Position numbers and translations under genes: made by a program | Assembly: GCA_033442325.1 (NCBI GenBank) | Contig: JAWQFM010000010.1 | Coordinates: 354,930 to 418,929 of the forward strand | Reading direction: 5' to 3' | Length of the DNA: 64,000 bases | DNA from: Salpingoeca rosetta | Lineage: Eukaryota; Protista; Choanoflagellata | Shown here: positions 11,353 through 64,000 of the stretch, in pieces | Numbering within the stretch: the stretch's first letter is position 1 | Layout: each line of letters starts with the position of its first letter | The notes under the pieces: generated by a model | What the model saw: only the letters and a program-made list of their open reading frames with translations | What the model was told of the DNA's origin: nothing | Databases searched by the model: none

Positions 11353-13765
11353 CATGTGTTGACGTTGGTTTCAGAGACAAATCACGATGGGGAACGCATG
11401 CGCAGTCAACACAAAGACCGCCTGGCGTGTTTTCAATAGACCCTTATCCAAACTCACACAGCCATCATATACATGGGCACAGGAAGAGTTTTATGCAACG
11501 CGTGAGCGGCGAAAAGTGTACTACTATACGGGGGCGCTGCCAGACCGTTCGCGTGGGAATCCGCCCCTGCCGCCGCCGCGCCCACGTGACGACCGCACTG
11601 TGTTTAACCTCAAGCGCCCCTTTGTGTATGTGGATGTGCCGGAGGAGCCTGAGCCCGTGGCAAGTCTTGAGCAAGGGGCGACCACACTCTCATCGGCGCC
11701 GCAGCCAGCGCACGCACCAGCTGCAACTGCAGGCGGCGAGGAGGCAACGCAGGAGCTGCAGCACGAGGGAGACGCGGCACAAGCGAGTGCTGGTGAGGTG
11801 AACCGCGCTGAGAGCACACGCGCAGATGAGGGTGATGCACACGCGTCTGCACCACAGACAGCCGAAGAGAAGGAAGCGGCATCCACATCACCAGACCAAG
11901 CCGAAGGTGCAACGGGCACGGAGCACACGAAGCAAGCGGGCGCATCACAAGCCCCAACGGGCGAGGGAGTGACACCCGCACAAGGGCAGGCGGAGGAGCA
12001 ACAGGCAGCAACACACACCGCGGTCGCGAGTGGGGAGCAGGCTGGCGGCGCCGCCACTGCGGACGATAGTGACGGCGACGATGACGACGATGATGACCTC
12101 GGTATGTGAATATCGTGGATTACACGTGTGTGTGTGTGTGCGCGTGAAATTGTGTATGCATGCGTGTGTGTGCGTGAAATTGTGTGTGTGTATGTATGCG
12201 TGCGTGCGTGAAATTGTGTGTGTGTGTATGCATGCATGCGTGCGTGCGTGTGTGTGTTTGTGTGAATCTGTGTTTGAATTGTGTTTGCATGCATGTGTGT
12301 GCGCGCGCCAGCATTGCACTGCTGTAACTGACACGTGCTTGTGCGTCCAATGCATCACGGTGAACACAGACCTTGACGACATTCCAATGCCAGAGGAACA
12401 AACATCGAAGCCGCTCATGACTGGTAGGTTTCATTTTGTGCGCGTGTGTCAATGTGTTTGTGTGCGTACGTGCCTGAGTTTGACTGCGCTGTGTGTGTGC
12501 GTGTGTTTGCACGTGTGGTTGACCTTTTGTAGTTCGCATGCGTTGCTGATTGACACGGTTTTTTTTTGTCACGTGGCCCACTTCACTCATGACTGCCTGC
12601 GCCACATTCGCGTGCGTGGCTGCGTTTGTTGTTGGACAGCACCTGCTCCCTCAGCCCCGCTGCTCCGTGCGCCGCTCATGGGATCAGGTATCGTTCCCAC
12701 TGCCGCTGGTGCATCATCTGCCTGCACCTTCGCTGCTGCTGCTGCTGCTTCTTTTGTTGTGTGGGGCTCACTGTCACCGTGTCACGTGCTGTTGCACATG
12801 TTTACACCCGAAAGCCGCTCACGAAGGCACATTCATTTTCGTTGTGTGTGTGTGTGTGTGTGTGTTTTCTGCTTTAGCGCCGCGCCCTGCGATGCCGCCG
12901 CCTGTCCACCAGCCTCCACCGTATCCGCAACAGCCGCACCTTCAATCCTTTGCATCAGTGCCGCCCCGCCCGCAGCTGCCCATATCCTCGCACGCTGCCG
13001 GCTTTCCACAGCCGCAGCAGCAGCCTCAGCCCCAGACACAACTCCAGCAACACATGCCGCCAGCACAAGCGCAAGTGCAACCAGGGTCACAGCAGCGCAG
13101 CGATGGCGGCGAGGACGAGGAAGAGCTAGACGCAGACGTGCAGGCGCGGCTGATGGCGCTCAAGCAACAGATGGGCGCAAACGGTCCTGACACCAAGCAG
13201 CAGCAGCAGCAGCAGCCACAACAGGAACAGGAACAGGAGGCGGCGGAGAAGAGCGGCGGTGCAACGGCCGAGAAGCCAAAGGACAGAATTGGTGAGCAGT
13301 CGACATGCGTGTGCATGCATGAGTGCATGTCTGTGCCTATGCCTGCACATGTTTGTGCACGTTTCTGTGCTTGTGTATGTGTCTGCGTACGTCTCTACAC
13401 GTGTATATGTGTTTGCGAACGTCTCTGCACGTGTATATGTGTCTGCGTACGTGTCTGCACGTGTATATGTGTTTGCTCTCTCTTCTTCGTGCTGGTTGTT
13501 GACGAAGCATGCGTGCATTATCACTGCTGGTGTACATATGTGTGTGTGTGTGTGCGTGCGTGTGTGTATTCAGAGGCTGCGTCGATCAGCGCAGCGCCGC
13601 AGGTGCGTGACCGCCAGGCCCAGCTCATGAGCATGGTGCCAACGTCCCTTCGCGTGCGCCGCGCCGCCGCCGCCTCCTCTGCCGCTTCCTCGTCCACAGC
13701 AGCAGTTGCAGCACGGGGCAGGCCCGCCGCCAAGCCGAAGCAGCCAATGAGGTCTGTTATCCTTG

Positions 13766-13802
<37 letters not shown>

Positions 13803-14276
13803 CTGTGTGTTCTGTGTGTGTGTTTTCTGTATTCTGTGTGTTCTGTGTGTTCTGTGTGTGTTTTCTCTCTCTCTCTCTCTGTGCGTGTGTGTGTGCGTGT
13901 GTGTTTGGGGCTCAGAGTGAGTTAGCTCTCCGCTTTGCTTTGTTTTCTCCACACTGCTAGCAGTGCACTCGTTGCATTCACATTCACATTCACATGACAT
14001 CACATCCCACCACCAACCCCCTGTGCCACCGCTGCGTGCAGGCCCGTGGGAGCACTGATTAAAGCACGGCCAGGAGCAGCACCATCATCGTCGTCATCAT
14101 CGCCATCAGCACCATCAAGCCGCGCCGAGGCGCAGCGGCAGCTGCAGGAGAAACTCATGCCAAAGCCGAAGCAGAAACCGAAAGCCAAGACAGCTGGTGG
14201 CGGTGTTGGCGGTGGTGGTGGCTCCAAGGACGACGAATACAAGAAGTTTATGGCAGAGCTGTCAGGCCTCATGTAG
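10389..14276 (+). CDS. WBP11: WW domain-binding protein 11 (splicing factor), multi-exon
   Basis: Exon 1 at 10389-10425 (MGRKALHPADQAR) splices in frame to 10710-10741 (KAARKKELKK), then NKKARQQTREAQLNLQDPKKLL and KLLDERRQRLKELLARVL, matching the Wbp11 N-terminal domain. The middle is Pro-rich, followed by ISAAPQVRDRQAQLMSMVPTSLRVRR and the canonical C-terminus KDDEYKKFMAELSGLM*. Confidence 0.92.
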
Positions 14277-14623
14277 AGGCGGTGATAGTGATGGGGGGGG
14301 GTGTTGATCGTGGTGGTATGAGTGGGGGCGTGTAGTGGCGACGATGACGGTTGCGGGGTGTTGAATGGTGTTGTTACATGGGCGTTGGGGAGGATGTTGG
14401 GTCGGAGGCTGTTTAGTGCTGGCGTCACTGTCCCCGTGTGGTTAGTTGCTCGTGTGTGCTTCGTTCATTCTCAATCGACCATGTCAATACAACGAAACAA
14501 CGCAAGCAACGAATCAAGTGCACAAAGGTGGACAAACGAACAACTGATGCGAACGCCCAAAGGCAGGTGTGCAACAAGAAATACGAGCAGCACCACAACT
14601 TGCACGCGTGTATTCACACACAC

Positions 14624-14686
<63 letters not shown>

Positions 14687-14763
14687 CACACACACACGCA
14701 CACACACACACACACACACAAAACAAACAACACACAACACACAACACACACACAAAGCACACA

Positions 14764-15167
14764 TCAGCTGCTGGCTTTGCCTTTGCCCTTGTGCTTTCGG
14801 TGGCGCTGCTGCTTGGGCACATTGCGGTCCTTCCACGTGCTCTTGCGGAGTTTCACAGGACGGTTCCCCACATATTTGCCTGTACACGTGGCAGTGAAGA
14901 CACAGAGGAGAAGCCGTATGTGGTGGTGGTAAGTTTGCGTGTGCAGTGCACGAGTGAGCGCTGGCATGTCTGTGAATGGCGGATGATGTTGCCGATGGTG
15001 GACACAAGGGAGCCAAACAGGCCAGGAACAAGCACAGGTGCAGAAGCGCACAGGCGGATGGAGCACGCAAGCACACATACACAGGCATAGGGGCAGCCAG
15101 AGACAAGCAGAACTGGGCAGGCAGAGATGGACGCAGACAAACAAACAGACAGACAGACAGGCAGACA

Positions 15168-15210
<43 letters not shown>

Positions 15211-16096
15211 AAACACACACACACACACACACACCATTCATTTCCTTGAGCGCCCTGAGATAATCCTTGCCATCCTTGAAGCTAACAAAGCCAAAGCCCT
15301 TTGGCTTTCGCGTGCTTCGATCACGCACAATCTTGGCCTTTTGAAAGGAAGGGTATTTGGAGAATGCACGTGCGAGCGCTTCGTCCGAAACCTCGCTGCC
15401 CAAGTCGCCACAGAAGATGCGGAAGTCATCTGCAGTTGTGACCGAGGGCCATCGGGTCGAGTCCGTGAGCGGAACATGACGACACAGGCACGCAAATGGC
15501 GGGTTCCTGACACTGATACACGTTCCCATCCACACACGTCCACACGCATGACGACACACGCACACCCACCCACACACCCACACGCACACATACACACACA
15601 CACATACACGCACACACACACACCATCTTACACACGTGCTCACGCGTTCACACCCCCGTCTCCCTGGACTTACTTGGATCCCATTCGTCAAGCGTGGGGT
15701 CATACCACTTTTCACCACCGCCTTGACGGTTTGGCTTGTGCTTCTTCTTTTGCTTCTTCTTTGCGTCCTCACCTGCTGGCACACCGGGCACGGCAGGCAC
15801 ACCACCGGGAATGCCAGGCACGCCAGGCGGCGCGGCAGCGTGTGGAGGTGCCTGCGCAGGGTGAGGGGGATGGCCAAACGCTCCAGGTGGGCCAGCTGGA
15901 CCGGGTGGCGGGACCATGCCGGCCTGACGCGTTCCAGCATGTGTTGGTCACCGAAGCAAAGAGGACAAAGGGAAAGAGAGAAGTGAGTCAGTTGCACTGC
16001 ACCACAGTGTTCACAGTGTCGTATGCTTCTCAACGCACATATACACACATACACACACATACACACACATACACACACATACACACACAACTACAA

Positions 16097-16194
<98 letters not shown>

Positions 16195-16722
16195 CCACAN
16201 NNNNNNNNNNNNNNNNNNNNNNNNNNNNNNNNNNNNNNNNNNNNNNNNNNNNNNNNNNNNNNNNNNNNNNNNNNNNNNNNNNNNNNNNNNNNNNNNNNNA
16301 AAAACCCCCCCGGCGCGCCGCCTGTAATGGTTGGGGGTAAAAGGGGTGGGGGAATATATCCCCCCGAGGGAGGAGGGGGGGCCCCTGGGCAGGGGCCCGT
16401 TGAGAGGAGCGTTGAGGGGTTTTGAAGTCCTTGTTGGTGGTTCCTGGGGTTGCTCGCCCCTGTTCCCGGGTGCTGTTTCCATCTGCTCTGCTGGCCCGGG
16501 GGGGGCTGTCGGCTCCAGCATGCGCTGTTTGGCGTGCCAACTGGGGCTTTGCCGCCCCCTCCTGGCAGCCGCCCTCTGTTCGCGCTTCTTTTTCTTTGGA
16601 AGTCCCTCCGTGACATTTGCCCGTCCCCCAGAGCCTGGTGCTGCCGGCAATGGGGGGCGCGGCCGCTGCGCCTCCGCCCGCTCGGGCACCTTCCTCGCCT
16701 GCCGTGGAACAAACGATGACAT
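14764..16722 (-). CDS. RBM42: RNA-binding protein 42 (single C-terminal RRM), multi-exon, interrupted by an N gap
   Basis: GGEKWYDPTLDEWDP / DDFRIFCGDLGSEVSDEALARAFSKYPSFQKAKIVRDRSTRKPKGFGFVSFKD..DYLRALKEMNG / KYVGNRPVKLRKSTWKDRN is the diagnostic RBM42 RRM. The N-terminus MSSFVPRQ starts at ATG 16722. Confidence 0.93.
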
Positions 16723-17349
16723 TATGGTGTGTGGTCGTGTGGTGTGTGGGGTGTGGTGGGTTTGCTTGGTGCTTGGTGTCGTGTGTCGCAGGCAGGCAGG
16801 AGGTCGTTCGTCCTCGAAGTGCCGACGACGACACCACAAACAATGTGCAAACTGAATTCAGCATCCGAAACATTCCTGCCCCAACGCAAGCACGTCGTTG
16901 CGTTGCGTTCTTGCGCGCACGCAAAACAGAAGTAACATAACAATAACCGCCAAGGTCGTTTGGGCTTGGGGCGGCCATCGTGGAGGCAACATGATGCAAG
17001 GGAAACATGGCAGCCAGCCAGCGTGCGTAGTGTTGCGCCAATGATCTGATCGCTTTGCTGCTTGCGTCTCCTTCCCCCCCACCTCTCTCTCGCCCTTCCC
17101 CCGTTCTTCCGTTGTGAAGCAGGCGATGCTCATTTCTTCAGAGCATTCACCCGCACAGAGCAGTGCCTGCTTGCCTGGGTGGCTTCTCTTCTTCTCGGCA
17201 TTGATCGCTCTTCCTCCAGTCCAGCAGTCCATTGTCTCGGCGCCTTGGTTGGTTGGAGCCTTCAGTCGAAGCAAGCGAGCGGTAGCGACCACGCAAAGTA
17301 AGAACCAGGAACCAAGCACCAAGAACGGAAAGCGGATCAACTGCCAGCG

Positions 17350-23198
<5,849 letters not shown>

Positions 23199-23653
23199 CA
23201 GCGTCGTGTGTGTGTGTGAGTGTGTGTGTGTGCTTTGATTGTGAGTGTGTGTGTGTGTGTATTCACGTTCCTGTGTGAGTTTAAGTGTGGTTGTTTGTCC
23301 TATGCACTCCACCCTGGCTTTGAAGTGTGCTCGCACGTAAATCATGTTTACGACGCCTGGGTGACGTTGCGTACTGTGTGGTAGTGCACCTTGTGTACCT
23401 TGTGGTTTTTGGAGCTTGGCGCTGAGAGGCAGCCCGGCCAAAGAAATGAAATGTAACAGAAGAGCAAATACGCAGCTGAATCAAGACACATAAAGTAATG
23501 TAACACCACTTCACCGACAGCACACAAACGTTGACTGCGAGGGAGAAGGAATGGATGGCAAGCAGTTCACGCGAAGCACGCCACCATATGAGCTGGCCAA
23601 GCAACCAACCAGCCAGCCGGCCAGCCATCCAACCAACTAACCACGCACATGCA

Positions 23654-30237
<6,584 letters not shown>

Positions 30238-30762
30238 GCTGGTGGAGGGGAGCGGGGGGAGCACTGGTGGTTTGTGCCACTGTTGCTGTTTGTTTGTTGC
30301 GTGAAGGTGCTGAAGAGCAACAAACGGAAGGTACTGAGGAGAGTGGCGACCTTGGCTCTTGCGCGGGTCGCCCTGTGCTCCTCTGCCTCGCTCACTCTGC
30401 AACTTTGGATCGTAGGTAGGCCGCAGGGAGCAGGGGAGGGTGGAGGAAAGATGCCAAGCAAGGCAAGCAAGCAAGGCAAGCAAGAGAGCAAGGTAAGCGA
30501 GCGAGCAAGGAAGGGCCAGCTGCGAGGGTTTGTTGTGTTTGTCGTCTTGGTTGGTCTTTGGTGGACGGGATTGCCGAATATTCACAGAAGTTTTCAGCCA
30601 TTTCTCCATAACCACCTCACTTTCTTTCTGATTGTGGTGTGCGCTCGCGACCTCCTTCTGCATCGTCTTAGCCTTTCTTTGCGTGTCATACACACAGACG
30701 GACACGTACGCGGCTTGCTTTTGTGTTGAGGTAATCGCGGCCTTGAAGGTGTGCCAGCAGCC

Positions 30763-45047
<14,285 letters not shown>

Positions 45048-45609
45048 TGACGAACATGCTTTGTGCTGTTGTTGTTCGCTCGTGTCGCTGACATGTGATG
45101 TTTGCTGATGCGTCCAGTTCCTTGTTGCGTGATTACGACATGTGCGTGCGTTGTGTGTGTGTGTGTGTGTGCGTACATGGGTGCATGTGTGCGTACACGT
45201 GTGCATGCGTGTGTGTGTGTGTGTGCTGCTACAATACAGAACAGAACAATGCAGAGCAAGGAGTGCTCTGGACTGTATGATGAGTTGATTGTGCGTTTTT
45301 CTTCGACTTGGCAGAATGCACTGCCACACCATCATGAGAGGGCAGAGCAATCGCAAACACGACACACGAGGACACCGAAACCACGACTAACATGCACCCA
45401 TTGCTCATATCTTGTGTCAGGGCACCTGGTCACCACTCCTTCACCCATTCACGCACCAGCACCAACACTGCATCTCACCATTTGTAACCAAGCGCCAAAG
45501 ACACAGATAAAAGCAAGACAACAACAACGGAGCGCACGCGAGGACGTGCATGTCGAGAAATATTGTCTCCGATGAGACGTCGATGCGTGCACGTGTGAGC
45601 GATGGTTGG

Positions 45610-46052
45610 TTATGCAGATGGTGCAGCACGGCGGGCGGCAATCTCCTGCTCTACTCGCGTCCACAAGGCCTTGCCAAGGTCGGTGTCTGTTGCGTCTGCA
45701 CGCTGCGGCTTCTCCTTGTGCATGTGGAAGTAGCGGCCTGTTGTCTCGCCAAACTCCTTGGCGCCAGCGAGCACAATCACCTGTAACGTGACGATATAGG
45801 ATAATGTGGAGAAGTGGGATAGCAGTGATGCGTCAACAGAAGGGAGGGGGGACAGCGTGTGGATGAGAACATGAGGCGGGGGCAAGAAAGAGGGTGGAGC
45901 GCAGCCCGATACAGCGAAGCAGTGGTGGAGGACAGTGGGCAGCTGACACGCCCAAGGGAAAGACGATACAAAAGTTGAAATCGTAGCTGACACACACACA
46001 CACGCACACATGTGCACACACACACATAGAGAGCCGCGCACACAAAGACAAA

Positions 46053-46123
<71 letters not shown>

Positions 46124-46148
46124 CACTACACACACACACACGACACAC

Positions 46149-46200
<52 letters not shown>

Positions 46201-46399
46201 GCACGGCGTCAGCCTTCATGAAGAGGCCATCCATGGCCTGCCAGAAGATGCTGTCTTGCTGCACGACCGTCCAGTCTGTTGTCGATCGCACATACATCTC
46301 CATCTTTACTGCAATCGCGGTGACAATCACCGCCACGACAAGGCCTCGCACCCATCGCTTATCACGGACGTGGGCCGGGGAAGGTGACCGCTGCACCAT
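45610..46399 (-). CDS. Small two-exon protein (123 aa): N-terminal hydrophobic helix plus a segment resembling the C-terminus of RDH/WWOX-type short-chain dehydrogenases
   Basis: Exon 1 is 46399-46199 (MVQRSPSPAHVRDKRWVRGLVVAVIVTAIAVKMEMY...ADAVQ). A phase-0 GT-AG intron joins it to exon 2, 45780-45610 (VIVLAGAKEFGETTGRYFHMHKEKPQRADATDTDLGKALWTRVEQEI...*). Confidence 0.6.
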
Positions 46400-46595
46400 C
46401 GCTGTCGCTACCGCTGTCTGTGATGATGATCTCCCTGCTCTTGTGTGTCTTGGTGGGTTGTTTTGGCTGGTTGCTCGCGTGTATCAAGTGAGGAGTGAGG
46501 CCGTTGTGACGAAAGTTTGCTTTCGCTTCACTTCTTCTTTCTTGCTTCTTTGCTTGCTGTTTGCTGTTTCCTTGCTTGGTTGATTGGCTTTGATG

Positions 46596-46640
<45 letters not shown>

Positions 46641-46874
46641 CTTCTCCTTGTTCGTTCTCGCTTTCATCGCATCATCAGTTAATAGTAATACACACGCATG
46701 CACGCCTTCCAACACCAATACCACCACCTCCTTCTCCTCCACTTCACCACTCCACACCACAAACTCACGCGTGTACAAAGATGCCTAAACGAGTATATCA
46801 CACACACACACACACATCACAGCAGCAACAAAAACGGCGCTGTCACCCTCCTTGAACCACCACGACGATCGCCG

Positions 46875-54622
<7,748 letters not shown>

Positions 54623-55092
54623 GGCCTTGTCACGCAGAAGCCAATGGCGGAGGACGAGGCTGTTTGGGAAATGAGCATCGACGAGCAAGCAAGCAAGTTG
54701 GCCGGCGTTGTGATGTGGTGATGATGTGACAGAGCAACTCGGCAACAAGAAGAACAAGGAGGGCCTGGCAAGCGCGTCGCAATGATTTCCAGGGAAGACG
54801 GGGATGAGGACGATGCACACCAGATTGGGGGGGGGGGGGCAAAGGAAGAGGGCTTTCAGCAAAGCAGGCAAGACAGCAAGCGATGGTGGTGGCGGTGCTG
54901 GATGTTGTGGTGTGAAGTTATTGTTCGCAACTCTCTTTGTGGTTTGTCTGTCTGTTGCGCCGACTTTGCTTCCAAGAATTCGCAAGGCTTGCGCGTTTGA
55001 AGGCAGAAGAGGTGAATGATCACTTAAACAGCCATCACATCACACAGAAAGGGGAGGGGTCCACGATGACAACAATTAAGATTTGATGTTCA

Positions 55093-55098
55093 TTTATT
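55093..55098 (-). promoter_or_regulatory. Candidate AATAAA polyadenylation signal of CIAO1
   Basis: tttatt on the + strand immediately downstream of the CIAO1 stop, in a short AT-rich patch. Confidence 0.4.
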
Positions 55099-55100
55099 TT

Positions 55101-58693
<3,593 letters not shown>

Positions 58694-59146
58694 GGTTTGC
58701 TTGGGGCACGAAAAGTTGTGTAAATCATTAACGAGGTTTCCTCAATGACGCCAAACTCGTTTGGGAAGCGTTGCACAACAACGAGGTGATGATGCGAGAT
58801 GTTGGTTTGAGATGGAGACCTGAATTGAATGAAGTGCAATGATGATGACGATGGAGGTGGTGACATGATGAGGGGCAAGCAAGGTGCTGAGTGCCCCCTC
58901 CCCCACTTGCTTGGGTGGTGGCTGGTTGGTGAGGGTTGTGGATTTGGGTGGCTTTGCTTGTCTGTGGCAATTGTAACAACTGTAATGTGGCAAGTCTGTT
59001 TCACCAATTCACGTTCTCAGCCTGTTTGTTTCCCCTCTGACCTACCTCCTCCTCCTCTGACTCGTCGCCACTTGACTCGCACAACTTACACACACACACA
59101 CAGAGTATATGCATACTCACGCAGTCTCTCATTCCCCACACGCATT

Positions 59147-59226
<80 letters not shown>

Positions 59227-59306
59227 CTGCACAAACGCGCGCACGTTCAAAGCACAGACGGAGGCGGCCGGTTGTCGTCGTTTGGTCACACCACACCCCG
59301 ACCACC

Positions 59307-64000
<4,694 letters not shown>

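Noticed and set aside
13370-13475. 30-bp repeats x3 in a WBP11 intron, and 18-bp repeats at 10490-10582, as CRISPR-like arrays
   Set aside because: They are head-to-tail minisatellites derived from TG repeats, with no unique spacers and no cas genes, in a eukaryotic context.
16300-16620. Apparent frameshifts and odd composition in RBM42 exon 1 (possible pseudogene)
   Set aside because: The region abuts an N gap and is full of homopolymer runs typical of a low-quality read end. The RRM exons are intact.

Overview
This is intron-rich, GC-rich eukaryotic DNA with (CA)n/(TG)n microsatellites in most introns and five assembly gaps (N runs). Gene content and style suggest a unicellular holozoan, most likely a choanoflagellate such as Salpingoeca rosetta; this is an inference. 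Most long ORFs in the track are microsatellite artefacts, so genes were rebuilt by joining GT-AG exons by eye. There are 11 protein-coding genes, in order: an orphan LRR-like protein (-), a divergent VPS4-family AAA ATPase (+), an F-box/LRR protein (-), WBP11 (+), RBM42 (-), a ~1560-aa secreted Cys-rich/mucin/DPYEPND/receptor-L-like solenoid protein (+), a four-SH3 Tyr-motif-rich adaptor (-), SPT6 (+), a 123-aa protein made of a TM helix and an SDR-like C-terminus (-), a ~1710-aa receptor tyrosine kinase (-), and CIAO1 (-). The 5' part of a twelfth gene, a Venus-flytrap single-pass receptor (+), runs off the window. Three things stand out. (1) Two Venus-flytrap (ANF-receptor-type) single-pass receptors flank CIAO1; one is a complete Venus-kinase-receptor-like RTK that appears to carry two tandem flytrap modules and a ~190-aa Tyr-bearing insert in the kinase N-lobe. 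(2) SPT6 has a long WG-repeat C-terminal tail resembling an Argonaute hook or the Spt5 CTR. (3) The large secreted mosaic protein has bacterial-style DPYEPND modules on a single 4.1-kb exon. No rRNA, tRNA, CRISPR array or transposase was recognised.
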